A model generated the notes under the pieces. It had not been told where the DNA came from and did no database searches. It worked only from the letters and a program-made list of their open reading frames with translations. Shown here piece by piece: positions 1-9,889 of a DNA stretch of 64,000 nt (position 1 is the first letter of the stretch; each line of letters starts with the position of its first letter). Origin of the DNA: Candidatus Latescibacterota bacterium. Lineage in GTDB: Bacteria > Krumholzibacteriota > Krumholzibacteriia > WVZY01 > JAKEHA01. The position numbers were made by a program, and so were the translations under genes. Location of the stretch: assembly GCA_963707635.1 (NCBI GenBank), contig OY970173.1, positions 928,001 through 992,000 on the forward strand, given 5' to 3'.

Positions 1-67
1 CGAGCCCTTCCGCCCGGAGACAGGCAATGCGAACGGACCGGCATGGATGCGGCCCATGTGAACGGCG

Positions 68-97
68 AGTTTACCATGTCGCGAAGCCTCAAGTCAA
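68..97 (-). promoter_or_regulatory. Putative sigma70 promoter for a divergent gene beyond the left edge
   Basis: Minus strand reads TTGACT-18nt-TAAACT, with TG just upstream of the -10 (extended -10). Confidence 0.5.
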
Positions 98-191
98 AGC
101 CTAACTAGGCGTTTGCGGCGCCGGTATGCGAAGAGCTCCGCGACCCCGTCGGTCAGGCGCGAGCGGGTGGCGTCGGCAAGCCAGAATCACG

Positions 192-220
192 TTTACTCCG
201 CGTTAAACATGGCGTATAAT
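192..220 (+). promoter_or_regulatory. Putative sigma70 promoter upstream of the structured RNA and tkt
   Basis: TTTACT (192-197)-17nt-TATAAT (215-220) in otherwise GC-rich DNA. Confidence 0.65.
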
Positions 221-226
221 TCACAG

Positions 227-390
227 GCAAGTTCTCCCCGTCCGACCGTATTTCCGGACGGCGCGTAAGTCGGGAAACCGGACCACCTCCATCAAGACCT
301 CCTCTGGTGGGGCGCCGTTCGAAATACAGCGGGCGGGGGCGAGTTCCCTCCGGTTCCACCTCCCAAATCTCCCTTGATCACCCCCCGGAC
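227..390 (+). ncRNA. Candidate structured sRNA or 5' leader with anti-SD (CCUCC) motifs
   Basis: About 26-bp nested helix (235-244/330-339, 248-254/321-327, 256-264/312-320), a GAAA tetraloop hairpin (271-280) and a hairpin (283-310) with ACCTCCT in its loop; begins just after a good promoter. Confidence 0.5.
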
Positions 391-459
391 GGGCGGTAGT
401 GTCGGCCGGTCCGCTGCCGCACGATCGCGGTTCGACAACCTCCCCTTCGCTGGCAGGAG

Positions 460-2484
460 ATGCTTCGAATGGCACCGCTCGATCGACTGTGTGTCGACAC
501 GATTCGCTTCCTCGCCGTCGACGCGGTGGAACGCGCGAAGTCCGGCCACCCGGGTCTCCCTCTGGGCGCGGCGCCGATGGTGTTCGCGCTCTGGGACCGG
601 GTGCTCAAGTTCAACGGCGCCGATCCCGTCTGGTTCGACCGCGACCGCTTCATCCTCTCGGCGGGTCACGGATCGATGCTGCTCTACGCGCTCCTGCACC
701 TCTACGGCTACGACCTTCCCCTCGACGAGATCGTGAGCTTCCGCCAGTGGGGGAGCCGGACTCCCGGACACCCCGAGTACGGCCACACGCCCGGGGTGGA
801 AGCGACGACGGGGCCGCTCGGCCAGGGATTCGCGATGGGAGTCGGGATGGCGATCGCCGAGAAGCACCTCGCCGCGCGCTTCAACGTGGCGGGCGAACCG
901 CCGGTCGTCGATCATCACGTCTATGCGATCGTCTCCGACGGCGACCTGATGGAAGGCGTCGCCCACGAGGCGGCGTCGCTCGCGGGGACGCTCGGGTTGG
1001 GCAAGCTCGTGTATCTCTACGACGATAACCGCATCACCATCGACGGGTCGACGTCGCTCGCATTCACCGAAAACGTGCCCGCGCGCTTCGAAGCGCTCGG
1101 CTGGCACGTGCAGTCGGTCGAAGACGGCAACGACGTCGACGCCATCGAGCAGGCGATCCGGCGCGCGCGCGACGAGCGCGAGCGTCCGTCGCTGGTCCGC
1201 GTGCGCACGCACATCGGCTTCGGCAGCCCGAAGCAGGATTCGGAGAAGGCGCACGGCGAGCCGCTCGGCCCGGACGCGGCGCGGGCGACCAAGCAGAAAC
1301 TCGGGTGGCCGGTCGATGCGCTTTTCCACGTACCGGCGGAAGTGCAGGCGCACTGCCGCGCGGTCGCGGCGCGAGGCGCCGAGGCGCAGCGCGAGTGGAG
1401 CGGGCGCGTGTACCAGTACGGCAAGGAGCACCGCGACCTGGCGACCGCGTTCGACGCGGCGCGCGCCGACCGCCTTTCGAAACGGTGGAAGGAAGCGCTC
1501 CCGGTGTTTTCCTCCGAGAAGGCGATCGCCACCCGCGCGGCGTCCGGCAAGGTGATCAACGCGCTCGCCGCGGCCGTCCCGACGCTCGTCGGGGGCTCCG
1601 CCGACCTCACCGGGTCGAACAACACGCGCATCGAATCGTCGCCGGTGTTCGGAATTGAGCGCGACGAGGGGCGCAACCTCCACTTCGGGGTCCGCGAGCA
1701 CGCGATGGGCGCCGCCATCAACGGCATGGCGCTCCACGGCGGGGTCGTGCCGTTCGCCGGCACGTTTCTCGTCTTTTCGGACTACATGCGCCCCGCCATT
1801 CGCCTCGCCGCCCTGATGCGGGCACCGTCCACGTTCGTCTTCACGCATGACTCGGTCGGACTGGGCGAGGACGGACCCACGCACCAGCCGGTGGAGCACC
1901 TGGTGAGCCTGCGCGCGATTCCGGGGCTGACGGTGTTCCGTCCCGCCGACGCCAACGAGACCGCCGCCGCGTGGGCGTGCGCGCTGGAGTTGAAGGGACC
2001 GCGGGCGCTCATCCTGACCCGGCAGGCGCTGCCCGTGCTCGAAGGCGACCGCGAGATGATCCACGCCGGCGTCGCGCGCGGGGCGTACGTCCTCGCCGAG
2101 GCGGACGGCGGGAAGCCCGCCGTCGTGCTCATCGCCTCCGGCTCCGAAGTGCACCTGGCGCTGACCGCGCGCAAGGCTCTCGCCGCGCAGGGAATCGCGA
2201 CGCGGGTGGTCTCGATGCCCTCGTGGGAGCTCTTCCGCGCGCAGAAGCCGCGCTACCGGAATGCGGTGCTGCCGAAATCCGCGCGCAAGCTCGCGGTCGA
2301 AGCCGGCGCCACGATGGGCTGGCGCGAGTGGGTCGGCGACAAAGGCGCGGTCATCGGCCTGGATCGCTTCGGGGCGTCGGCGCCGGGCAACGTGGCGCTG
2401 GAGAAGCTCGGGTTCACCGCCCAGAACGTCGTCGATACCGCGCTCGTGCTGCTCAAGAAGCGCGCGCGGGCCGTGTCGGAGTAG
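460..2484 (+). CDS. tkt: Transketolase
   Basis: [30 protein letters not shown] (TPP-binding), GVREHAM and GEDGPTHQP motifs; start could be the ATG at 469. Confidence 0.97.
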   Translation: MLRMAPLDRLCVDTIRFLAVDAVERAKSGHPGLPLGAAPMVFALWDRVLKFNGADPVWFDRDRFILSAGHGSMLLYALLHLYGYDLPLDEIVSFRQWGSRTPGHPEYGHTPGVEATTGPLGQGFAMGVGMAIAEKHLAARFNVAGEPPVVDHHVYAIVSDGDLMEGVAHEAASLAGTLGLGKLVYLYDDNRITIDGSTSLAFTENVPARFEALGWHVQSVEDGNDVDAIEQAIRRARDERERPSLVRVRTHIGFGSPKQDSEKAHGEPLGPDAARATKQKLGWPVDALFHVPAEVQAHCRAVAARGAEAQREWSGRVYQYGKEHRDLATAFDAARADRLSKRWKEALPVFSSEKAIATRAASGKVINALAAAVPTLVGGSADLTGSNNTRIESSPVFGIERDEGRNLHFGVREHAMGAAINGMALHGGVVPFAGTFLVFSDYMRPAIRLAALMRAPSTFVFTHDSVGLGEDGPTHQPVEHLVSLRAIPGLTVFRPADANETAAAWACALELKGPRALILTRQALPVLEGDREMIHAGVARGAYVLAEADGGKPAVVLIASGSEVHLALTARKALAAQGIATRVVSMPSWELFRAQKPRYRNAVLPKSARKLAVEAGATMGWREWVGDKGAVIGLDRFGASAPGNVALEKLGFTAQNVVDTALVLLKKRARAVSE

Positions 2485-2576
2485 CGCTTAGCCTGCCCGC
2501 GGTTCCGTGCTAGGCTCGGCGTCGAATAGCCGGGGCGGGCGTGGGTAATGGTGCCGAGCCCGTGTCCGGGCAAACG

Positions 2577-2993
2577 ATGAACTGTCCCATCTGTCGCAAT
2601 CCCATGATCGTCCTCGAGTTGAATCAGGTCGAGGTCGACCACTGCACGCGCTGCGGCGGGGTCTGGCTGGACGCGGAGGAGATGGATCTCCTGCTCGACG
2701 GCTCGGCCGGCCGCGCGGAGATTCGCGAGAAGCTCCTGACCGCCGAGCCCGGCAGCGGCGAGAAGCACGTCCGCTGCCCGATCTGTCGCCACAAGATGGA
2801 GAAGGCGCGTGTGCGGCGTCCCGGGGTGGAGAAGAGCGTCGTGATCGACCGCTGCGGTCACGGCCACGGCACCTGGCTCGACGGCGGAGAGCTGCAGGCG
2901 ATCGTGGAGCTGTCGCAGTTTCCGGAAGCGCATCGAATCCACGAATTCTTGAGCGCGATTTTCCGCGGGCCGGCCCGCGGCGCGCGCACGTAG
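2577..2993 (+). CDS. Double zf-TFIIB zinc-ribbon protein
   Basis: Two repeats: CPIC...VDHCTRCGGVWLD.EE and CPIC...IDRCGHGHGTWLDGGEL. Confidence 0.85.
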   Translation: MNCPICRNPMIVLELNQVEVDHCTRCGGVWLDAEEMDLLLDGSAGRAEIREKLLTAEPGSGEKHVRCPICRHKMEKARVRRPGVEKSVVIDRCGHGHGTWLDGGELQAIVELSQFPEAHRIHEFLSAIFRGPARGART

Positions 2994-3051
2994 CGCACGC
3001 AAGGCCGTTACCCACGGCCCGTGCCAGCACTGTCTGAAAAAGGAGTCCTAC

Positions 3052-3609
3052 ATGGCTGCACTGATTTTTCTAGCCGTCGTCATCCTGGTGGCGGGGTTCT
3101 TCGTCGGGATGTACAACTCACTCGTCCAGCTGCGCAACCGCGTGAAGAACGCGTGGTCGCAGATCGACGTGCAACTCAAACGCCGGCACGACCTGATTCC
3201 CAACCTGGTGGAGACGGCGAAGGGGTACATGTCGCACGAGCGCGAAACGCTCACCGCCATCACCGAAGCGCGCGCCAAAGCGATGGGCGCCGGCAGCGTC
3301 CACGACAAGGGCGCGGCTGAAACCCAGCTCACCGCGGCGGTCTCCAGGTTCATGCTGACGGTCGAGAACTACCCCGACCTCAAGGCGAATCAGAACTTCC
3401 TGTCGCTCCAGGAGGAACTGACTGCGACCGAGAACAAGATCGCGTTCGCGCGCCAGGCCTACAACGACGCCGTGCTCTTCTATAACAATAAGATCGAGAT
3501 GTTCCCCTCGAACGTCATCGCGGGCATGTTCAACTTCCGCCCGGAGGAGAATTTCGAGATCGAGGAGCCGGCGCAGCGCGAGGCGCCGAAGGTGCAGTTC
3601 ACGCGGTAG
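3052..3609 (+). CDS. lemA: LemA family protein
   Basis: N-terminal TM helix, AWSQIDVQLKRRHDLIPNLV, ENYPDLKANQNF; AGGAG RBS. Confidence 0.95.
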   Translation: MAALIFLAVVILVAGFFVGMYNSLVQLRNRVKNAWSQIDVQLKRRHDLIPNLVETAKGYMSHERETLTAITEARAKAMGAGSVHDKGAAETQLTAAVSRFMLTVENYPDLKANQNFLSLQEELTATENKIAFARQAYNDAVLFYNNKIEMFPSNVIAGMFNFRPEENFEIEEPAQREAPKVQFTR

Positions 3610-3620
3610 GGTAGAACCGT

Positions 3621-5126
3621 ATGATGTGGGAACTGATCGCCGCCAACCGCAGGAAGTCGATCCTCCTGTTCGTCGGCATGGCGGTTCTCCTGGTGGCGCT
3701 CGGGTATTTCATCGGCGAGGCCACCATGGGCGAAGGCGGCGGCTCGATCGGCATCATCGTGGCCGTGGGCGTGTGGGTCATCATGTCCGCCGCGAGCGTC
3801 TTCGGCGGACCCGAGCTGATCCTCAAGATGAGCCGCGCGCGCGAGGTCACGCCCGACGTCCACCCGCAGCTGTTCAACGTCGTCGAAGAGATGAAGATCG
3901 CCTCCGGCCTGCCGAAGATGCCGAAGGTCTACATCATCGACGAGAAGGCGCCCAACGCCTTCGCCACCGGCCTGCGGCCCGAGGACAGCTCCATCGCCGT
4001 CACCGCCGGGCTCCTGACCCGCCTCAATCGCGACGAGCTGCAGGGCGTGGTCGCGCACGAGACCTCGCACATCATGAACCGCGACGTCCAGTTCCTGACC
4101 GTTGCATCCGTGATGCTCGGGAGTATCGTGCTGATCTCGGAAATCTTCCTGCGCGGCATGTGGTACTCCGGCGGCGGGTCGGCGCGGCGTTACCGGTCCA
4201 AGAAGACCAGCGGCGGTGGTGGGGGCGGCAACGCCGTGTTCGTCATCGCGGCCATCGCGCTGGCCATTCTGGGTCCGCTGTTCGCGCGGTTGCTCTATCT
4301 GTCCATTTCGCGCAAGCGCGAGTACCTCGCGGACGCGAGCGGGGTAATGCTCACGCGCTACCCCGAGGGGCTCGCGAGCGCGCTCGAGAAGATCGCCGCG
4401 TCTCCCCTGGAACTGGCGGTGGCCAATAAGGTGAATGCCCCCATGTTCATCGTGGCGCCGCTGCAGGAGGGGAAGAACTCACTCGCCGGATGGGGCAGCA
4501 CGCATCCCCCTATCGAGGAGCGGATCGGAATTCTGCGCGCGATGAGCCAGGGCGCGGGGCTCGTGAGCTACCAGCACGCGTTCACGAAGATGAAGGGCAA
4601 GCCCGTCAACCTCGTTCCGCGATCGGGGCTGCAGAAGGACAAGACGATTCCGATCCGTGAGCCGCACCCCGACGTCGTGCGCGAACAGGGCCAGAAGCAG
4701 CAGACGCGCGACGTTATGGACCTGATGCGAGCCGTCAACGGCTACGCGTTCCTGGTGTGCGCGTGCGGCCTGAAGATCAAGGTGCCGCCCGATTTCACCG
4801 AGCCCAAGGTAGCGTGCCCGCGCTGCGGGAGAGAGAACGAGATCCCGAAGGCGCAGATCTCCGAGTTCGCGGAAGTTGCCGCCGCCGTCGGCGCGATCGT
4901 CGGCGCGCCCGGCCAGACGGCCGGCGAGGTCCCGTTCGCGCAGCCGGCGAGCGGCGCGCCGGCCACCGTGGGTGCCGACGAGGCGCCGCTCGAGTATCAG
5001 CGCCGCACGCGCGGGGAGTGGGAGAGCTTCGCGTGCGGGTGCGGGCACCTGCTCCAGCTATCGCCGAGTTTCTCGGCGAGCCAGATGAAGTGCCCGAATT
5101 GCGGGAGGATTACGCGGGTGGTGTGA
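3621..5126 (+). CDS. htpX: HtpX-like M48 zinc metalloprotease with C-terminal zinc ribbons
   Basis: PNAFATG, VVAHETSH, SRKREYLAD, STHPP; extra C-terminal CACG...CPRCG and CGCG...CPNCG. Confidence 0.88.
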   Translation: MMWELIAANRRKSILLFVGMAVLLVALGYFIGEATMGEGGGSIGIIVAVGVWVIMSAASVFGGPELILKMSRAREVTPDVHPQLFNVVEEMKIASGLPKMPKVYIIDEKAPNAFATGLRPEDSSIAVTAGLLTRLNRDELQGVVAHETSHIMNRDVQFLTVASVMLGSIVLISEIFLRGMWYSGGGSARRYRSKKTSGGGGGGNAVFVIAAIALAILGPLFARLLYLSISRKREYLADASGVMLTRYPEGLASALEKIAASPLELAVANKVNAPMFIVAPLQEGKNSLAGWGSTHPPIEERIGILRAMSQGAGLVSYQHAFTKMKGKPVNLVPRSGLQKDKTIPIREPHPDVVREQGQKQQTRDVMDLMRAVNGYAFLVCACGLKIKVPPDFTEPKVACPRCGRENEIPKAQISEFAEVAAAVGAIVGAPGQTAGEVPFAQPASGAPATVGADEAPLEYQRRTRGEWESFACGCGHLLQLSPSFSASQMKCPNCGRITRVV

Positions 5127-5709
5127 CGTGCGCGGTGGCGAGCAAGTGGCGCGGGAGCGCGGTCGCGCACGAGGGGCAGAATTCCAGGCCGCGCAGGTCG
5201 ATCCTCTCCACGTTGGCTGCGAACCGCATGATGCACCCGACGTCGGAACAGTGGCCGAGTCCGACCACGTGCCCCAGTTCGTGCAGGATCTCGGCCACGG
5301 CGCGCCGCGCGGTGAGGCTGGGGTCAGCCGCGAGCCCGTACTGCTCCGGCCCGAGACGCGCGAGGGAGACGACCGCGGCGCGACCGCCGCGGGTGGCGCG
5401 CCCGAATACGAAAGTGAAAAGAGTGAGTCCGAGGTCGAGCATCGTGAGTCCGACGTGCACCGAGCCCGGCCGCACCGAGGCCTCCAGCGCTGCGAGCAAG
5501 CCGTCGGCGTCGGCCTGTTCGCGACCTTCGAGCAGCACCGGCCGGTTCTCCCAGGGCAGGGGGTGGAGGTGACAGGGCACGGCGAGGCGCCGGCTGGCGC
5601 GCGACACGATGTCCTCCGCCAGGGCGCGCCCAAGCCCGGCTTCGGCGTAAAACCACGCCGCCTCGATGGCAGGAGCGAGACTGCTCGTCGTTTCCGACAC
5701 CGACGTCAC
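5110..5709 (-). CDS. Archaemetzincin-family (M54) zinc protease
   Basis: HELGHVVGLGHCSDVGCIM...FCPSC matches HExxHxxGxxHCx4CxM..CxxC; GTG start overlaps the upstream TGA (GTGA at 5706-5709). Confidence 0.85.
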   Translation of the reverse strand: MTSVSETTSSLAPAIEAAWFYAEAGLGRALAEDIVSRASRRLAVPCHLHPLPWENRPVLLEGREQADADGLLAALEASVRPGSVHVGLTMLDLGLTLFTFVFGRATRGGRAAVVSLARLGPEQYGLAADPSLTARRAVAEILHELGHVVGLGHCSDVGCIMRFAANVERIDLRGLEFCPSCATALPRHLLATAHVTPPA

Positions 5710-7082
5710 CGGGCGGCGCGCGCCTTCTCGAGCCCGTACTTCTCGATCTTGTGGTAGAGCGTGCCGCGATCGATATCCAGCATGCGCGCCGCCGTGCTGA
5801 TGTTCCAATCCTGTGCCTGGAGCACCGAGACGATGTGGGTCCTCTCGGCCTCGGCCAGGGACAGACCGTTGGGGAGCAGCACCGGTGCGCGGGTCACGCG
5901 CATGGGGAAGTCCTTCGCCTCGATGACGGGTGGCGTCCCTGCCACGACGGCCCGTTCGATCGCGTTCTGCAGCTCACGCACATTGCCCGGCCACGCGTAG
6001 GCCTGGAGCGCGGCCAGCGCCTCTTCGGAGAACCGCATGGGCTTGCGATTCATGGACCGCGTGAACCCCGCGAGGAATGACTCGGCCATCGGCTTGATGT
6101 CTTCCGGGCGCACGCGCAGCGGTGGCATGTCGATGGCGAAGACGTTCAGCCGCCAGTAGAGGTCGTCGCGGAATTCGCCGCGCTGGATCTTCGCTTCCAG
6201 GTCCTCGTTGGTGGCGGCGACCAGCCGGAAGTCGACCGGGAAGGGACTGCGTCCTCCAACGCGGGTCACGGATTTCTCCTCGATGACCCGCAGCAGCTCG
6301 ACCTGCACCTTCGCGCTTATGGTCCCGATCTCGTCCAGGAAAAGAGTCCCGCTGTCGGCCATCTCGAATTTCCCGCGGTGGCGGTAGATTGCACCGGTGA
6401 AGGCGCCTTTCTCGTGCCCGAACAGCTCGCTCTCGAGCAGTCCCTCCGCCAGCGCGCCGCAATTGACGATCACGAACGGACCGTAGCGACGCGGCGAGCC
6501 GGCGTGGATGGCGCGCGCAGCCAGTTCCTTGCCGGTCCCCGATTCGCCCCTGATCAGCGCGGTCGCGTCGGTCCCCGCCACCGCCGCGATCAGGTCCTGC
6601 ACGCGGCGCATGGCGGCCGAGACGCCCACGATGGGCGATGGCGCCGACGCGGCCTCGAGCCGCTCCTTCAGGCGCAGATTCTCCGAGCGGAGCGAGCGAT
6701 GCTCGCTGGCGCGGCGCACAAGCACCGACAGCTCTTCGGGGTCGAAGGGCTTCGCGATGTAGTCGTAAGCGCCGGCCTTGAGCGCCTTGATGGCCGTTTC
6801 CACCGAGGCATAGGCGGTCATGATGATCACCGTCATGTCGGGTTTGACCGCGGCGAGCCTGGCCTGGAGCTCGAGGCCGTCCACCCCCGGCATCTTGATG
6901 TCCAGAAACGCGAGGTCGTAGTCCTTTTCGGCCACCAGTCGCAGCGCTTCGGCGCTGCTTTGCGCCGTGTCGACGCGATGACCGTCCTGCCGGAACCAGT
7001 CGCCCAGCGATTGAACGACGATCGGTTCGTCGTCGACCACGAGGATCGACGGCGGCGACGACTGCAGTAGTGTGTTGTTCAC
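5706..7082 (-). CDS. Sigma54-dependent (NtrC/AtoC-type) response regulator
   Basis: REC domain (LVVDDE, DIKMPG), GESGTGKE Walker A, GAFTGA, YAWPGNVREL, Fis-type HTH. Confidence 0.95.
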   Translation of the reverse strand: MNNTLLQSSPPSILVVDDEPIVVQSLGDWFRQDGHRVDTAQSSAEALRLVAEKDYDLAFLDIKMPGVDGLELQARLAAVKPDMTVIIMTAYASVETAIKALKAGAYDYIAKPFDPEELSVLVRRASEHRSLRSENLRLKERLEAASAPSPIVGVSAAMRRVQDLIAAVAGTDATALIRGESGTGKELAARAIHAGSPRRYGPFVIVNCGALAEGLLESELFGHEKGAFTGAIYRHRGKFEMADSGTLFLDEIGTISAKVQVELLRVIEEKSVTRVGGRSPFPVDFRLVAATNEDLEAKIQRGEFRDDLYWRLNVFAIDMPPLRVRPEDIKPMAESFLAGFTRSMNRKPMRFSEEALAALQAYAWPGNVRELQNAIERAVVAGTPPVIEAKDFPMRVTRAPVLLPNGLSLAEAERTHIVSVLQAQDWNISTAARMLDIDRGTLYHKIEKYGLEKARAAR

Positions 7083-8737
7083 GAAACCTGAACCTCCTTC
7101 TGTGCGACTTCCGGTGCGGCAGCGCGCGGCTGGCGCAGCGGCAGGCGCACGGTGAAAACCGTACCTGACTCGGGCGATGACTCCGCCGTCACCGTTCCCT
7201 GATGGCGTTCCACGATGCCGTGGACCACGCTGAGACCGAGGCCGACGCCACTCTCACCTTCCTTGGTGGTGAAGAACGGCTCGAAGATCTCGCCCAGGTG
7301 CTCCGGGGGAATGCCGCGGCCGGAATCGCGGACTTGAATCGATATCGAGTCCCCCTCGCCCTTCGCCGAGATCGCCACATGGCCGCCAGGCGGCGTGGCC
7401 TCGAGCCCGTTGATGGCCAGCGCGAGCACGACTTGCTCGATCTGTGAAGCGTCGCACTCGACCAGGGGCAGATCGGCCGGCGCGTCGAGCACGAGCGAGG
7501 TGTCGGAAAGATCGGCACGGTGCCGAAGCAGCATTGTGCAGCGCTCGAGCAATGGGAAGATATTCTCCTCGGCGAAGCGAACCTCGGAGGCGCGGCTGAA
7601 AAGGAGGAGGTTGCGCACGATGCTGCCACAACGCCGCGACTCGTCTTCGATCATCGCGAGAATGCGACGGAGATCCGCTTCGTCGGTGCCGGCAGTGGGA
7701 CTGGCGCCCGTCGGGGACGTGGACTCCTCGCTGCGCCGGCGCAGGAGACGCGCGTAGGTCGCGATGCCGGAGAGCGGGTTGTTCAATTCGTGCGCGACGA
7801 CGGCTGCGAGTTTCCCCAGAGACGCCATTTTCTCCACCCGGAGCATGCGACGGTGCGCCTGCTCGAGCTGCGCGGTCTTCTCGTCGACGCGTCTTTCCAG
7901 CGAGGCGTTCAATTCCTCCAGCTCACCGCGCGCGCCCCCCAGCCGCTCGCTCATCGCGTTCCAGGCATCGGTGAGCGCGCTGATCTCCCCCTCGTGACCG
8001 GCCTCGAGACGTTGCGAAAAATCGCCCGTTGCGATTCGTGCAGTCGCCCGCGTGAGCCTCGCCACCGGGCGCAGTACCGTGCGCCAGGTCAGGAGCCATG
8101 CGAGACCGAGAACGGCCAGGACCGCCACCGCCAACCCGAGCAGCAGCTGCCGTCCGGAAGCGGCGAGGTCGGCGTCCACGGTCTCGAGCGGGAGTTGCAC
8201 GTCGAGCACGCCGAGCACGCTCGTGTTCGGAGGGTGCGCGTGACAGTCGGCCTCGGCGCAGCCCGGCTCGTTGTGCACCGGGGCAATCACCCCGAGCACG
8301 CGCCCGCCGGATGCCGTGCGGAACACACGCGTGCGGTTGTTCTTCTCGACGCGGGCCAGCGGCCGTCCCGTGCGATGACACGACACGCACTGTTCCGCGT
8401 CGATGTCGACGAGTGCGCCCACTTCCGCTTCCGTCGTCGATATCGTGATCTTCCCCCGTGGGTCGAACACGCGGATGCGCTCGAACGATTCGTGATCGGC
8501 GATCGTCTGGATGATCCTGCGCACCTCGCCCGGGTCGTCGCGCATCATGGCGTCGCGGGTGGAACGGCGAATGACTTCTGCGACTTCGGTGGCCCGGTTT
8601 TCCACCAACCGGGTCAGGTGGGATCGTTGCAGGTGAAGGCTGGCGTAACCCACCGCGACCAGAATGATCGCGGTCCCCGCGCAGAGTGCGACCCCGAGGC
8701 GGGCCGCCAGCCCCCGATGATGATGGCCGCCGATCAA
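7079..8737 (-). CDS. HAMP sensor histidine kinase with periplasmic CxxCH motif
   Basis: Two TM helices, HAMP, H-box [16 protein letters not shown] and GVGLGL boxes; CVSCH and CAEADCH lie between the TMs. Confidence 0.92.
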   Translation of the reverse strand: MIGGHHHRGLAARLGVALCAGTAIILVAVGYASLHLQRSHLTRLVENRATEVAEVIRRSTRDAMMRDDPGEVRRIIQTIADHESFERIRVFDPRGKITISTTEAEVGALVDIDAEQCVSCHRTGRPLARVEKNNRTRVFRTASGGRVLGVIAPVHNEPGCAEADCHAHPPNTSVLGVLDVQLPLETVDADLAASGRQLLLGLAVAVLAVLGLAWLLTWRTVLRPVARLTRATARIATGDFSQRLEAGHEGEISALTDAWNAMSERLGGARGELEELNASLERRVDEKTAQLEQAHRRMLRVEKMASLGKLAAVVAHELNNPLSGIATYARLLRRRSEESTSPTGASPTAGTDEADLRRILAMIEDESRRCGSIVRNLLLFSRASEVRFAEENIFPLLERCTMLLRHRADLSDTSLVLDAPADLPLVECDASQIEQVVLALAINGLEATPPGGHVAISAKGEGDSISIQVRDSGRGIPPEHLGEIFEPFFTTKEGESGVGLGLSVVHGIVERHQGTVTAESSPESGTVFTVRLPLRQPRAAAPEVAQKEVQVS

Positions 8738-8758
8738 AGGTCTTTCACCCCATCACAT

Positions 8759-9889
8759 TCACTTCGGTGGCTCCGGTGCCGGAGGGTAGACCGGCAGGTA
8801 CCGCACAGCCAGGTTGAACGCGCCGAATCCGAGCGCGACCAGCATCAACGTCACGAGCACCTCCGAGACGGCCGGGACATAGTGACCGCCCTGCGCGCCC
8901 TCGAGCCCGGTGATGCTGACGTTCAGTCGATTGGTAATGAACCCGAGTACCGTCAGCAGGCTGGCCGCGTAGAGCCCGCGCGGGCTCGAGCGCACGCGCG
9001 GCACCGCCAGCAGAGCCAGCGGCAGCAGCAACCCGATCAGGACCTCGAGCTGGAAGAGCGCCGCCTCGTAGGTGGGCTGGAAGGCCAGTGGCAGCACACC
9101 GCGCGCCCATAGATCCCGCACGCGTATCACCGCGAGCACGCCGAGGACTGCCACCAGCACACGGCCGAGCTCGGCAAGCAGCGGCATCTCGAGGTGACGG
9201 CCGAGGGCACGAGCCGATAGACGGGACTCGACGATCACCATGGCGAGGCCTGCACAGACCGACGACGCCCAGAAGATGGGCGGTAACCACTCCGTGTACC
9301 ACAACGGGTGGAGTTTCCCCGGCACGATCAGGTAGAGCGCGCCGAGCGACGATTGGTGCAGGGTCGAGAGGATCACGCCGGCGATGACGAGCGGCAGCAC
9401 GATGGCGCGCTGGATGCGCAGCGCGCGCTTCCAGTCGAGTCGCTCGAACACCATGCCCGAGAACTCGAGGCCGAGCACGGTGGTGTAGAGCGTCACGCAC
9501 CACGCGATCTCGAACATCACCGAGTGAGGATTCCACATGACCAGCGGGTGCCATAGGTTCCAGGGCCGGCCCAGATCCACCAGCAGTCCGCAGACCACCA
9601 GCAGGTAGCCGAGAAAAGCGGTGAGGATCGCGGGCCGCACAATCGGCCGGAAGCGCGAGAGGTGAAACAGATAGACGATGGCGGTGATGGTGAAGCCGCC
9701 CGCCGCCAGGCCGACGCCGCACAGCACGTCGAAGCCTATCCACAGGCCCCAGGGGTAGGTGTCCGATAGGTGGGTCACCGCTCCCAGTCCGCGCGTGAAG
9801 CGGAGCCACAGAATCGCGGCTCCGAATCCGACCAGAATCCAGAGAACGGCCCGCCAGAAGCCGAAGCTACGTAGTCTTGCGCGTGTCAT
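8759..9889 (-). CDS. NrfD/HybB-family membrane subunit
   Basis: GLGAVTHLSDTYPWGLW, DLGRPW, SVMFEIAWCV, LSTLHQSSLG; GGAGG RBS before the ATG at 9889. Confidence 0.9.
   Translation of the reverse strand: MTRARLRSFGFWRAVLWILVGFGAAILWLRFTRGLGAVTHLSDTYPWGLWIGFDVLCGVGLAAGGFTITAIVYLFHLSRFRPIVRPAILTAFLGYLLVVCGLLVDLGRPWNLWHPLVMWNPHSVMFEIAWCVTLYTTVLGLEFSGMVFERLDWKRALRIQRAIVLPLVIAGVILSTLHQSSLGALYLIVPGKLHPLWYTEWLPPIFWASSVCAGLAMVIVESRLSARALGRHLEMPLLAELGRVLVAVLGVLAVIRVRDLWARGVLPLAFQPTYEAALFQLEVLIGLLLPLALLAVPRVRSSPRGLYAASLLTVLGFITNRLNVSITGLEGAQGGHYVPAVSEVLVTLMLVALGFGAFNLAVRYLPVYPPAPEPPK

Noticed and set aside
227..345. Identity of the upstream-of-tkt RNA as 6S, SRP or RNase P RNA
   Set aside because: Lacks the SRP helix-8 signature and the RNase P GAGGAAAGUCC motif, and has no large central 6S-type bubble; left unassigned.
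292..2154. Long antisense or alternate-frame ORFs (e.g. 292-2154 -, 7520-9112 +, 16150-17910 -, 40925-43327 +, 57661-59724 -)
   Set aside because: Arg/Ala/Pro-rich shadows of well-supported genes, expected in high-GC DNA; no recognisable motifs.
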